From Euprymna scolopes (Eukaryota), in the NCBI GenBank assembly GCA_053919585.1, contig CM132786.1: a DNA stretch of 64,000 bases; one strand, 5' to 3'. The notes under the pieces are model-generated. The model did not search any database and was not told the origin of the DNA. It was given only the letters and a program-made list of their open reading frames with translations. Shown here piece after piece: positions 51,000 to 64,000 of this stretch; position 1 is the stretch's first letter, and the number at the start of each line of letters is the position of its first letter. The translations under genes and the position numbers were made by a program.

Positions 51000-53900
51000 C
51001 TTAAGGACGAGCGATAGAGTACCCTGCCTGATTCTGGTTTCTTGTTGAGGTAAGGCGCTGTGTTCGTTATGGGAGAGCTACTTTTGCTCGGTCTACAATA
51101 TACTCCTTCTTTGTCTATTAGCCAGGCGTAGAGGTCGAATCACAGGGAGTCGATAGAAACACTTTATGGTCTATCTTGTTTCCTTACTAGGGCAATAAAC
51201 GCCGTTTTCCCCCACTCCCGACACATCCCATCCCTTAAACTGGGCACTTGAATGCCGTAATGCCAGTGCAAGCAGATTGGGTTGACCATTATCTGATGGG
51301 TTGAGGATACCGGATAGACAGTTCCTGGCTGCTGTTCCCGACTGGTAGTACAGGACCCTAACTCTTTGGTAGCGCTTAGAGCGGTTGCTCCATCAACAGT
51401 TGTATAATATCAGGATGCTTTAGTGCCATGTCGCGCATGGAAAGGGACCCTGCACTCATACCCGGTGAGCTATCCGGAGGCCACAATCCTAGTAGATGGA
51501 GGGAAAGCTGATGGTATGCTTGTGTTGCATGTCAGGTATTCTGCATAACCACTTGCTCAGCACTCCTTACCTAAAATGAAACTATTAAAAAAATGACAGT
51601 ACATTCCAAAATGACGCTAAAACCAGGTCAAAAACCAATCAAATCCAACCTGCCTTCTCCCTTGAGGCTTGCATTTACGAATATCCGTGGGCTTAGAACT
51701 AATTTAAATGATTTTGAAGCATTCCCCTAACAAACACCCCGGATAGCTTAGCACTAAGTGACTAACCTAGACTCCTCCATCCCCTCTAACTACTTTAACA
51801 TGCTTGGATATCTCCCACTCTACCGTAAGGACTCTGACAGACATATGCATGAGCCTGGAGTCTACATTCGTAACACCCTCCCCTTGATTAGAGAAACTAA
51901 ACTAAAATCGGACGATCAAGCCTTTATGTGCTTTAGACTTAACATGCAACATAACATTAGCTACTTTTATTTTCTCTACCGCTCTCCCTCGACCCAGGAC
52001 TACACCCTAATAAACAAAGGGTCTGACAGCATAGATACAGCACTTTCCCTCGACACTAGCGCACAAGTGCATGTATTTGGTGACTTCAACGTCCATCACA
52101 GCAACTGGCTTGAATTCTCTACTGACACAGAGGCAGCTGGTACCACAACAAATAACTTCTCTATATCTCATTCCCTATCATTTACAACTCATTTTCCAGA
52201 CCAGCATGAACAACACGCATCACTTCTAGATTTATTTTTGACCACAGTTCCCGATGACTGTAACGAATGCCCACAGTCCTTTAGGGAACGCCGATCATGC
52301 AGTGGTAATGGTTGAAATCGCCCTAAACTCTAGAGCCAAAACTGAAGAGACACTGCTTAAAACAATGAAATATTATAAAAAGGCTGACTGAGAAGCCATC
52401 AGGGATCTCATCAGGGACGCTCGATGGCAAAATATTTTTTCACTTCCTTCTCAACATTGCGCAAATGAGACCACTGGATGGTTCAAAACGGCAATTGAAG
52501 CACATGTTCCCACGCGCAAATTCTATAGCAAGCCCCACTCTCCCCAATGGTTTGCTTCTACTTGTGCAGCTGCCTTATCGCAAAGCAGCATGCGTACCGC
52601 AAATTAAACTGACATAAGTTCAGATCAAACAGACAGATAGAAGCCAGAAATATCTGTAAGAAATAAATAGCGACAGCTAAGAGAGAATTTACTGAAACCA
52701 CCAACAAACGCATCGAATTACAGAAATTAGGAACGCCTGACTTCTGGAAAATCTACAACAGTGTAGTAAATAATGGGCAATCAACAATTCTCCTACTATC
52801 CAACAATCATGAGGTTGTTTGCTCTACAACTGAGAAGGCTAACATGCTTGCCAGACGGTTTGCCTCCAACTCCACACTGAACCCTGCTAACCACCCCTTT
52901 CCTGACTTTCCTTTGCGGACATACGCCACACTAGACGATCTGAAAATCATACCTTCTCAGGCGTATGCTATCATAAGGAATCTTCACACTGCAAAAGCAT
53001 GTGGACCTGATCTCATTCTGGTTGTGCTATTAAAAAAGTGCGCCGCCGAAGTAACTCCAGTTCTCTCTAAACTTTACAACGAATACCTTAATGAATCTTG
53101 CTTCCCTGCCTGCTGGAAAACAACTTCTGTAGTACCAGTGTTCAAGAATTCTGGCGGAAGAACTGACCCAGTAAATTATCGCCCCATTAGCCTCCTGCCA
53201 TTTTTCGCCAAAATATTTGAGACCAAAATTAACCAAGCTCTAGTCCATCACCTTACAGACGCTAAACTTTTACTGGCCAACAATATTGATTTAGGCAAGC
53301 CCGTTCCACAGCAGACATCCAAACTGTAATCTCAGAACGTATATACTATTCACTGGACAAAGCGGGGGAGGAAAGAGCGGTAGCTCTAGATATATCTAAG
53401 GCTTTTGACAGGGTATGGCATGAGGGTCTCCTCAAGAAAATCAAGTCAGACGGTATCACTGGACGAATACTTAACATAATTAAATCCTTCTTAGATAAGA
53501 GATAAATTCAGGTTGTCCTTGACTGTCTTACATCTAAACAATATGATATAAATGCGGGAGTGCCTCAGTGGTCTATCCTTGGACGTCTATTATTCCTAAT
53601 ATTTATAAATGATCTCCCTGGCAAAATTGTCTGTGAGATGGGTATATATGCTGACGACACGATGCTCTATAACGGATACGACAGGAAAACAAATGAACAC
53701 ATATCTAAAGAACTGGCATAAACTCTAGAGGATGACCTCCGATCTGTAGTGAAATGGGCCCAAAAATTGATAGTCACCTTCAATGCTGCCAAGACTAAAC
53801 TTGTTTCCTTCAATAATTACAAGAAATCTTCCCTACCACAAATAGCAATGGCCAATGACTCTTTATCTGAAAGTACATCTTTTAAACTCCTCCGCCTAAC

Positions 53901-54579
53901 GTTCACAGGAAATATGAGTTGGAACAATTACATTGAGAAAATGGCCAGGATCGCTGCGAAAATGGTAGGGTCTCTCTTCCGTGTTAGAAAGCTATTAACG
54001 CCCGAAAGTATCCTATACCTCTATAAAGCCACCATTCGCACATGTATGGAATATTGTTGTCATATTTGGGCTGCTGCATCTGCCACTAGTCTCTCGCTCC
54101 TAGACAAGGTTTAAAAGAGAGTCGCAAATCTAATAGATCCTAAACTGTCATCTCAACTTCAGCCTCTGTTCCATCAACGAAATATTTCATCCCTTCGCCT
54201 GTTCTACAACTACTTTAATGGTGAATGCTCTGACGAACTGCAAGCACTTGTGCCCCCTCGACGTAAATACCCCCGACAAACCCGACAAGCAGCAAAATCC
54301 CACCCCTTCACGATACAGATCCCTAGATTAAGACAGCCTTTTACTCCAGAACCGCTAGACTTTGGAACTCCCTTTCCCCAGAAATGCTAGATTGTGGAAT
54401 CCCCTTCCAGATCCCTGCTTCCCCAACTGTACTGACATGCAGAAGTTAGTGTAACGTGAACTGACATCTTGCTGCTCAACTCCCTATACAGTACCCTGGA
54501 TGTTTATGTACCTGATAGTAGCCCCCTACAACAAAATGGCAATGTGCCTTGTTTGGGGTGAAAATGCAATAAAAAAAAA
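51000..54579 (+). mobile_element. LINE family A, near full length, degenerate (APE endonuclease plus RT, CR1/Jockey group)
   Basis: AFTNIRGLRTN, GDFNVHH, LDLF, YRPISLL, ALDISKAFDRVWH, GVPQ, YADD, MEYCCHIW; poly(A) at about 54571-54579. The 5' limit is approximate. Confidence 0.95.
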
Positions 54580-57500
54580 TTCTTCAGTACATTCGATCAT
54601 TGTCATTTAAAGCCTACCCCTGTAATGGATTACATCAACTGCCAGTCTTTCCCAGGTCCCAGTCATATCCAGTTCTTCAGCTTCGTGCATGCTTGGAGCA
54701 GGGACAATTGACTGACATCTGTCGCAAGTCCTAACCACTTGCTTTACCTGTTTCCTTGGTGACACTCGGATGGACTTTTCTCACCATGTACAACGTCCTT
54801 ACTACCCCTATCTGGTGTAGATCGTGCAACTCTCGCACCCAAGAATTATCCAGATCAGACACTGCAGCAACATCCTCATTTTGGGGCACGAGCTAACTCT
54901 TTTTCACTCTCGTGAAAACATCTGATTTGTTCTTCTCAGAGGCCACCACGATTACGCGCAGAAATCTCCCGAATCAGCTCAGCCAGCATTCCAAGCTTGC
55001 GCTACACCAGCATCTCTACTGTCCCTTTCGTTTTTACCCTTTTATCGTTTGAAATCATTGATTTTAACCAGGCAAACACAGTTGCAGAGTCTGTTTTCAT
55101 AGACGTCGCGTAGTTTATATTTGAAGGTCACATTCATTCCTTTGGTAACTGCATCCAATTCTGCCACATTGATGTAGCTATCATCATCCTCATCATCAGC
55201 CAGGCCGCCTCCTGCGCAACCACTTCATCCACTTCCAAGACGACACATGTTACCATGTTGCTTGCATCACAGCACACGACCCCATCCAGTGTTCGAGACA
55301 CGTTCAATGTTCCCTGAACTGAGTCTTGCCTTTCCACTTCTTTCAGGACCTCTTCAGTTAAGTAACCGTTCTTCCTCCTAATTTATCGTCCCATCCTCTT
55401 CTTTCGGCATGTCTCTTGATGTAGTTGCATGTGGTCTAAACCAGCTGGCAACGGAGTAATCCCCGATCTGTCTGGCGCATACGGAAAAAGCTCCCACTTG
55501 TCGAGCTCTTCTTTCATTTGTGGGATCTCATTCCCTCTTCGAAATTCTTGGCCACCTGACTCACTTCGTTTCAGATTTAGCCCCAAGGTCGCTCCCCGGT
55601 CATATTCTTCAGGTGCCTTGGCGACCAGCCTGAACTTCTTCAATTGAATCACCACGTCCTTTGCTGTATCAGAGTTTCATTTACGAGAATGTCATCGATG
55701 TACGAGCTCACGGCACAATCGCTCCAAAACCTTTCTAAAATTGTGGAAATGATATTTGGTGCCGAGTTCAACCCGACCCCTACCAACGTAAGGCAATAGG
55801 ATCTGCCTTTATATCTGACCAACTGGTAATTCCAAAGTTTTTTGGCGATGCGGATTTGCAAGACGGCAGATTTCAGATCGATCAACGTAGTCGCATTTTT
55901 CATTTGCCTCCATTCACTGCATACATCTACAGCGTCACCCCCAGTATGGAACTCAACATGTTTTTTCAACTCTTGGAAATCTAGAACTGGTCTGACCTTC
56001 CATTTTGTTGGTTGCAGAACTGCCATCAATGGCAAGATGCCCGATTCGACGTCATCCGTTCACGCAACAGTATACCGTCCTCAATCCATCTGTCCACTTC
56101 TCGTTCAAAATACTCACTTACTCCTCCTTTAACCGAATTATTAACGCATGCAACCCTGTTTGTTAGCGTAGGCGATTTATCCTGCCACGCTCACTCCACT
56201 GTCCACTAAATCTCGTCGAATTCTGCTTGAAAATCCGGGTCACTGATCGAGATCCATCTCTTTTCTCTGACATCTTTGCGCCCTTCGTTGACCTGTTCTG
56301 CCACTGCTGCGCACCTTGTCGGTCCTGATCTCACGTCATTGCTACTTACTGTAACATCACCAAGTAGGCATATTACGTCCATTTCAACAATCGTTTGAAC
56401 ACCAGGCACCAGTTGATCGGTGACAATTGCATGTACCCTCATCCGCTGATCCACTTGTGACGGTCCTCCTCCCTCGACACTTCACTCGTGACCCATCAAA
56501 TGCCACTATTTCGCCCTTCCATTTCCATCTTTCGACCAGACTTTTGTGCACCATAGTAGTGATACAACCAGTGTCGATCGGATCCGTGACTTATTGTCCT
56601 TCCACAACAATCTCTCGCTTGGGCATCTGCTGTGAGCGCGTCATTATTCCCAAGGCGGAACAGCTGCTGGTGCTTTGGCTCCCCTTTTGCTAGTTTCCCG
56701 GACTCGTGTAGTTCACTGCGATGTGCGCACCATGGTTACACCTGTGGAACACTATCTTTTCGTTGAACTTCCTATAGTCTTTCCGCAAGTGAAGCCCCTC
56801 ACATTGGAAACATGCACATCACGGTGTCAGCCGACTTCTGCTCACATCCTTCCGCGCTGTTGCCACCGTTCCTACGAAACTTGAGGGTTGAGTGCTCACT
56901 AATATTTTCGCAGTTGAGAGCAGCTCGCTCACCTTCAAGGACCTTCTGTAACCTCTTGAAAATCTCCTCCTTGAACCCGGTGACAAACGCCATCTTGGCA
57001 AGGTGACATGCTGCCTGCCTCCTAATTCCTGATAGTTCCAATAATCTGTTATTATTATCTTATTATCTTACACGGCGACGGATTCCTTCCTCCACCTAAT
57101 TTCTGCTGAACACCTCAAACGGACCTCTCAGCAAGTGCCTGGATCAATCTGACTTTAACTGCGTCAGCATCATCTTGTTCCAGCCCATTAATCTCCAAGT
57201 ATAGGGCTAGGGCACCCCCCGCCAGGAATAATGGTATCACTATGGCAAAATAGAATATATTTAGGAGCTTCACCACTAGGTTCAATTTTTTTTAGCCAAG
57301 ACACCACATCGCCTTCGCCACTGAATAACTTTATCATATTGTTTAGACCGGTTGCCATAGCCGAAATAGCTTGTTCCTTTGTTGATCAAGCTGTGAGAAG
57401 TCGTAACAGCTGTCCTCCAAACACGTGGCTAGACATCCAACAATCGTCAAAGGTCACAATCCTACTTCTAAACTCAGGCTGCTTTTATACTATCTATCTT

Positions 57501-57645
57501 CTCCATTTGCATGTATATGGCGAGATTTCGCGAGACAACAGCTTATAAAACCACAGGCATCATCTTTAATCTCTCTCTTTATCACCTGACTTCGCCCGAC
57601 ACATACGTGGAAAGATTCCTGTTTCCTTTACTGAAGACAACAACA
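54580..57645 (-). mobile_element. Second LTR retrotransposon of the same lineage, 3'-truncated within integrase
   Basis: gag MATGLNNMIKLFSGEGDVVSWLKK; IDTGC; VRPVLDFQEL; IDLKSA; SSYIDDILV; CDAS RNase H; HHCC; putative 5' LTR from 57372 (TGTT) to about 57645 (AACA) with TATA at 57483-57489. The outer LTR end is inferred. Confidence 0.9.
57360..57371 (-). other. Non-canonical primer-binding site complementary to tRNA-Phe nt 1-12
   Basis: + strand reads GCCGAAATAGCT|TGTT, a 12/12 match to the 5' end of metazoan tRNA-Phe(GAA). Confidence 0.82.
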
Positions 57646-60084
57646 CCCATTTCTAGCATAGTAAGTGGTGTTTTTTTGTAATTGTCTCTACTTTCACCTT
57701 AAAAATAACTAAACTAAACTTACTATAAAACTATAATACATCTAGATAAGTATTTGAGTCCAGCGAAAGAAAATTTTATCTGTGAAAATGTAAAAAGTTA
57801 TTTAATAGGTTTCACCATTTTTCGATATAAATAGTTCTTCGCCGATACAGTATGTTTTGAACGAATAGCAATAAGCAAGACAAAGTTCCCTTCTAACGTG
57901 TTACGAAAGTAAGCAAAGTGAAAAAACGTATATGCATTCTGTTCTGAACCTCCGTAGATAATAGATCTTCTTGAAAGTGAATGGGTAAAAGTTTGGAGAA
58001 GAAAATAAAAATGTAATGTGAATAGATGTATTTTGTAGATAATTAAACGAATTGATTTTATATTCTAAAATGGAAATTAGATGTATGAACATTACTATAT
58101 ATAAAAATAAACTGGTGCTTATATGTGAAATCGCCACTGTGAATGCTTTGTATTTTTCGTTTTCGAAAAACGGACTCTTGATCCGAAAATCGATGGTTTC
58201 TAGTTTTCAATGTTTTTTTTTATTGCGATATCACACAAATGTGTTTATCAAAGCGACTAAAGTCGTTCTAGGAAAATAAGATCACAGTGTTCATTTTTGT
58301 TGTAATATGATGAAAAGTTGGAAAAGATAATTGCTGAAAATGAAGTTAGGTTTATTTCTTTTGTTTTCATTAAACGGATCAAAAACACAATGTTTATTTT
58401 GTTTTTCCTGCTAAGAAAAACAATTTTAAAGATAATGTGTTAAGATTAACTTTAATGTCGGTCTTCATCTGTCTTAAATGTACACGCAGAAAATAACAAC
58501 GTTTATGTTTTGTTGTTATATAATAAAAGGTTGATTTTTATTGAGGCAAATAAGGATGGATTCCATTTTAGAAGAAATCTGAAACTATTTGCAACTTCAT
58601 TCTCTTAAACAGTGAATCTCTTCTGACTGTTGAATTCAACATTACCTGCCTGCTTACCATCGTTAAATAAGGTTGTGATGATGAAAATTAGGGATAGATC
58701 AGTATCATTCGTTCTGCATGATATTGTCAGGAATCAGTAATCATTATCAACATTGTTTATCTGCATACTTTGCTTTTAATCGTATGTTTGGCAGTGTTGT
58801 GGAGGAAACCTTACAAACAGTGGTGTAGTTGGTATGTGTAGAGGTCTACAAAATCTTTTGTTTTACTCTGTCCTGGAGTAAGAAAATTGTCATTCATCAC
58901 ATTACTGTTTTGTATGTGATAGGTGAGGATAGTAACAATATTTTCCCTTTTCTGGTTGTCTGATGAAATTACAGTATTGCTTTTAAATATTTTTGGACGG
59001 TTTCAATTATCAACATAATTTCTCTTACTATTATTGTCGAAGCAGGGGGCAAAATTACCCGATGCTAATAATAATATTGTGTTTTGTTCTATTCAACATT
59101 AAACAAATGTTAGTAATTAATGTTAGATTACAGTATTATACTGAAAAGGAAACTTCGGTAAATGCCTGACATTATTACATCAATATCTCCAGTCAATAGA
59201 GAAAATAGGCTGGAGAAGAAAAATGGGGAGATGAAAATACAGAGAGATTGATAAACGGCAGAGAAAGAAAGGGATATAAGATTAAATATAAAGAATGGTA
59301 CACATATATCATTTTTTACTTTTATAGCACGTAATAATTATTAGTCTTAAGTTTTCTCTTCCCCTCCCTGTCTCCCTCTTTCGCTCGTTCGCGACTCGAA
59401 TAATGCACCTTACATAACAGATATAGGTGCATTTTTATTTGAACAGTGTATGTTATATTATGCACAGACATTTACAAACAATGAATGAACCCCAATATAT
59501 ATGCCAATAAGTATAAACAGTTAACTATATACTCGTGGACTATGACGATCTTCAACAAAAGCTAACAAAGTACAATAATTCAGTTGACCTAAAAGATTTA
59601 TGAGAAAATACTAACCCGGAAAACATCGTCAGTTCCCTTAAAGAAATTGAACTCTTCAAAAAATTTAAAACCCTGCTAATTTCTCTACCACCTAAAAACC
59701 TATCACATGAACGAACAAATAAAATTTGACAATTATCTTACCATTATGAACTTATGCTGCAAATTCTTCCGGTATTAAAATGTGGTTGATATGACGTAGA
59801 GCAAACTTCATGAAACAGGTTTGTTCGCATTAATTATGTATATTTGACAAGGGATCGGCAACGTAAAAATCTCTACAAAATTCGAAGTTTAATTAAGCTC
59901 TACGAATTCGAACCCATCACAAGCAAATACGTTTTATCGCTTTATCATATACAGACAGCATCATTTTCGTCAAATGAAGCATTCAAGAAGCATAACTATA
60001 TACGAACTGTGGAACCAGCTATGCCGGGTTCAAATCCTGTCGGATATTTTCATATCCATTTATATTGTTGTACCGTTGTATTAC

Positions 60085-60199
60085 ATATACGGAATAATCA
60101 CGTTGACACGCCAATTCTCGTTGGATCATTGACGTTAAGCTCACTGAGGCGGGTTAATATCAGATGGGTGACCATTTGAGAATACCAGGTGCTGTATGT
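60085..60199 (+). pseudogene. 5S rRNA-derived sequence
   Basis: CACGTTGA...TTCTCGTTGGATCATTGACGTTAAGC...GGGTTAATATCAGATGGGTGACCATTTGAGAATACCAGGTGCTGTA is colinear with metazoan 5S over its full length; no oligo-T terminator. Confidence 0.85.
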
Positions 60200-60532
60200 A
60201 CGGCACCCCCATGAAAAAACTGCAAAAATATAACCTAGTCATCTCCCCTGAAGGGGATATACAAGCGACTAGCAAATTTAATATTCTCATGAAACTACCT
60301 CTGAGTTCCAACCCCCCCTCAGGGTGAATACCGCTTATGATCGTTATTGTATTGTACATTAGGACTGAATAAAGCATCCTTACTTAATTTGAATATTTAT
60401 TGTAGTTTGTAAATTATCATCATGACACAAAAAAAACACACAATTGCTTAATAATAACATGAAGATCTTTAATTCTACCACTTCTTCGTTTATCATCGAC
60501 CTGATACTAACTTACACTATACGTGTAAAAAA

Positions 60533-61000
60533 CTTTTTTTACTTTGGAGTCACCATTTATTAAGACCCGAAGGTCACTTGAGGATAGGAGTTAACGAATG
60601 TTAGGTAATAGTTTAATAATCGGTAATGGAGTAATTGCATATAATGTGATTGTTTACATCGGATTTGAAGGCTATCATGTTGTATTAAACCTGGAAGCAA
60701 GCCAGCGAAAGAGGGTTCCGCAGGCGAGCAGTTCTGGGAAATAATGAATGGAATCTGTGTTTAGATTTAGACACATATAGAGAGTGGAGGAAATTGTATA
60801 TAGTGGTTGTAGCCAGTTCGGTGCTTTTGTGGGAGTTTTGCAAAGGGGAGCCATAGATTGTAGTTCAGTCGAGCACTTACCATGAAAATAATGATAGAAC
60901 AGAGATAGGTTCACAATCGTATCTTCTGTGAAAAAGAGGTTGCAGGGAAGGTAAAAGGGCATCACGTACTAGGTTTCGAATCCGGTTTGGAACTCAATAA
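60533..61000 (-). mobile_element. LINE family B, short 3' fragment
   Basis: LFYHYFHGKCSTELQ...; colinear with 45163-45660. Confidence 0.85.
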
Positions 61001-62284
61001 AAAAGCTTAGAAAAAATATTTTTAAAAAAGATTCTTTCATGAGTTTGTCGAACCGAAATCTAACTACATACAAAAACTTATTCATTATACTACACGGTCG
61101 AGAATGTGTTTCCTTCGGTCCCAGAATCAACGGTGTATGCCAATTCTAAAATATTTTTTTCTCTGTTGATTGCGGTAAGTTGCAAATCCTATGTAATTCC
61201 AGGCTGTCTAGCCTCCCAAGCATTGCCTTCTGTCTTACAAAATCAACAGAGTATAAACAATTTCTAAAATGGCCCTTTTGACTGTGGTATGAGGCTGGTT
61301 CTGTGCAATTGAGGAGATCCTTCACCCTAGGCTCTGCCTTTTTTCATTGAAAAGACCCTAGTTATTCCTACCGATAATGCTGACGGGTCTGCCTAGGCAA
61401 TATTTTCATAGTAGACTGTGACTCTTCTGAGGTGCTGTTCTTTCAATCTCACTTACGACCCTTGTGTACCATCTTCCCACTGTGGGAACGGAGATAAATA
61501 ATTACTACGAATTCATAGTAAATTTCAGTAAAGAAACCTTTTCGTCCAATGCGGCAATTATACTGGACATGGCTGAGTGTAATAGCTTTGTACTAAGATT
61601 TACTTCCGGTTACAGCGATTCGTCGTAATGATAAATACATTTTAAATACAATGAAAATATTTCATTGTTTATTCTCGTTATTGCTGACATGTTAAAAGCT
61701 TCTCTGGGGATGATCCATCATTTTATTTTTTCTAAGTAAAAAATAAATTTACCTTTTCACGTTACTTACATGCTTTACAAAAAATAATTTATACGTGTTT
61801 AACGCCAGCGGGCATTATCATCTGTCAAAGAAATAGGAAAAACCTATTTTGGAGACTTTTTATGTCGACATGAGATATAAATCGATTCTTTAATCTGATA
61901 CACGTTTACGAGTCGTCCATTATCGTTTGTGCTAAAATCTCAACTAATAAAGAGCCAAAAAATTCGAAACAGTTTTACAAAAAGGTACTCTCCAACGGAA
62001 ATATAGTCAACAGCACAAATGTAACACAAAATAAAGTTATGAACTTGTATTGCTATTACAAACGACATAAAACTGAACCCTAACCCTATAACTTTCAAAT
62101 AGGTGTGCGATATGTCAGATTTTGGAAGAAAACTCTAATTATTTTCTTAGTAGTTAACAGTATCAATTGTTTGACAATATATAGTTTGATCCTTCAAGAA
62201 TACCACCCATGAAATTCTTAATTTATAATATGAACCTCGATCGTCGGTTTGTATGTATGTATGTATGTATGTATGTATGTATGT

Positions 62285-63154
62285 GGTCAAGGTCTGTTGT
62301 GAACATGTGTTAAAAACACACAAATATTTTAGCGTCATGCTGTGCGTCTCCCAGACAAATCAACCCCACGTGCACATCATGACCACTGCCACAAAGACGG
62401 GGCTCTGATGAACGTCGAGTGTCCTGCACCGTATAACTGGGCCGCCACTGCCTTGTGGGCCAAGTTTCTTTCAACCAAAGGCTAAGGGTGGGGTAACCCA
62501 GACAGAAACCTCCAGAGGAGCTTAGGCCCCGTAAGCTGTGGCATACATGAACCACCGGCGTGTGGAATATGCTCTGAACCCAGCAACTTAAGTTTCAGTC
62601 ATGGATCAAATGGCATGATGGGTGGAGAGGGCTCCGTAAGCTGTGGTGAAGGCAACCTCTCTAGGAGAAGGAAAACCCTGATATAAAACCTGCGGCGACT
62701 GCTGCATCCAATGATGTTGACTTGCTCTTCTTTTTGCTTCAATGTGGCAGTTGTTCAGAGAGTGGGATAATCTCGGTGCAAAGTCTTTCCTCACTATAAA
62801 AAGCTCCAAGCACAGGCATTACTTGATATGCAATGGAATACACATTTTACCATCAGTGCGTATCTCGATAACAAAAAGGCTGAATATAGTCTAAAACGGC
62901 AAACGGACACTCAATGAGGACTGATGCGGATATGGGCGTCAATGGAAATAAAGGGGCAGCAACATTCAAGGTCTGCTCCGGCAGGTGTTTAGGGAACCAC
63001 GGCCTGGACCCGGTCATCAGCCGATGTACAGGACCGTGGAAGGTTCATAGAAATGACCGTCCGGCACGTGCTGCTAGTGGCGCTCATGTCTGCTTCATTT
63101 GAGCCAGATATGTATTTAGTAATGGCAATACTCGAGAATGAGTTTGCTGCCACC
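62285..63154 (+). mobile_element. Probable RTE-derived non-autonomous element between (TATG)n arrays
   Basis: GC-richer block containing GGCAACCTCTCTAGGAGAAGGAAAACCCTGA, which I recognise from RTE-type 5' regions and which recurs at about 63947-63980; flanked by (TATG)n at 62250-62284 and 63155-63229. Confidence 0.45.
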
Positions 63155-63309
63155 ATGTATGTATGTATGTATGTATGTATGTATGTATGTATGTGTGTAT
63201 ATATGTATGCATGTATGTATGTATGTATGTTGAATTCGTAACAACCGTCATCATCGTCGTAATGAACGTTGAGGATTTGTGCCGTTATAAACGCATGTTC
63301 AATTTAAAA

Positions 63310-63580
63310 GCTGGTCCTGGATATGACCTAAAACTATATCCATTGGTGAGGCCCCAGCTTGTGGGCCTTGGGGAGTGTGGGGCCACCCTTTAATTGCCAT
63401 TGCTCCCAGGTCCACTCTGACCCGGAATGATAGTACCTGTTAGGGTCCTAACTATGGGTTAAATAGATTGGACTTAAAAAACAAATATACTCCATCAAAA
63501 AATCGTTCCTCAAATCACTAGATTCGGCATTAAATAACCTGAAAAAGGTTGATATGCCGTAAAACAAAAACAACCAACCA
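63310..63580 (+). mobile_element. SINE with Nin-type conserved central domain (head missing)
   Basis: ATTGCCATTGCTCCCAGGTCCACTCTGACCCGGA...GTACCTGTTAGGGTCC matches the remembered Nin domain; ends GGTTGATATGCCGTAAAACAAAAACAACCAACC. Confidence 0.7.
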
Positions 63581-63719
63581 GTTTAAAAGCTGTACTAGCG
63601 GCGAAGCGAACGTCTCTCTATTCTATGAGCTGTGTATTTTGGATTATTTTTACTCTTTTATTTATGTTGAATTCACCTATTCGTAACAACTATCATCATC
63701 GTCATCATGAATGCTCCTT

Positions 63720-63900
63720 CATGTATATTCTACATGTACGTGTATGTTTACATGTATGTGCATATGTATGTACATGCGTGTATGTATGCATGTATGTGTG
63801 TATGTGCATGTTGTCATGTTTGTTTGTGTGTGTTCTTGCGTATGTATGTTTGCGTGCATCTGTATGTATGCATGCTTGTATGTGTACATGCATATGTTTA
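63720..63900. repeat. Degenerate (TG/TATG) low-complexity tract
   Basis: Directly visible; explains the overlapping V/C/Y/M-rich ORFs. Confidence 0.9.
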
Positions 63901-64000
63901 TTTAGAAGTGTGTGTGGGAAGGAGAGGACTCCCAAAATCCTTGTTAAGGCAACCCCTCTAGGTGAAGCAAATCTCTGATTTAAAAAACAAAAGACATAAA

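Noticed and set aside
62360-62500. HDV-like ribozyme at the 5' end of the RTE-like element
   Set aside because: A GGCTAA and some hairpins are present, but I could not build the nested double pseudoknot by eye.

Overview
AT-rich eukaryotic (animal, probably protostome invertebrate) genomic DNA with three assembly gaps and no confidently identifiable host gene. It is dominated by decayed mobile elements: two related LTR retrotransposons on the minus strand (one with both LTRs at 17405-21694, one 3'-truncated at about 54580-57645), several APE-RT LINEs of two or more families (two near full length), an R4/Dong-like RLE-LINE 3' end, an RTE-like non-autonomous element, a Nin-domain SINE, two 5S rRNA-derived copies, a U2 snRNA 5' fragment, a minimal hammerhead ribozyme motif, a 1.2 kb duplicated unit, and mini/microsatellites. 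The most striking observation concerns the two LTR elements. Although their LTRs are unalignable, both carry a non-canonical primer-binding site (AGCTATTTCGG[C]) directly after the 5' LTR. It is complementary to the 5' END (nt 1-12) of tRNA-Phe(GAA) rather than to a tRNA 3'-CCA end. One element also carries a sequence complementary to the 3' half of the same tRNA in its U3 region. This suggests an unusual tRNA-fragment priming mechanism. All sequence comparisons were made by eye against remembered consensus sequences; no searches were run.
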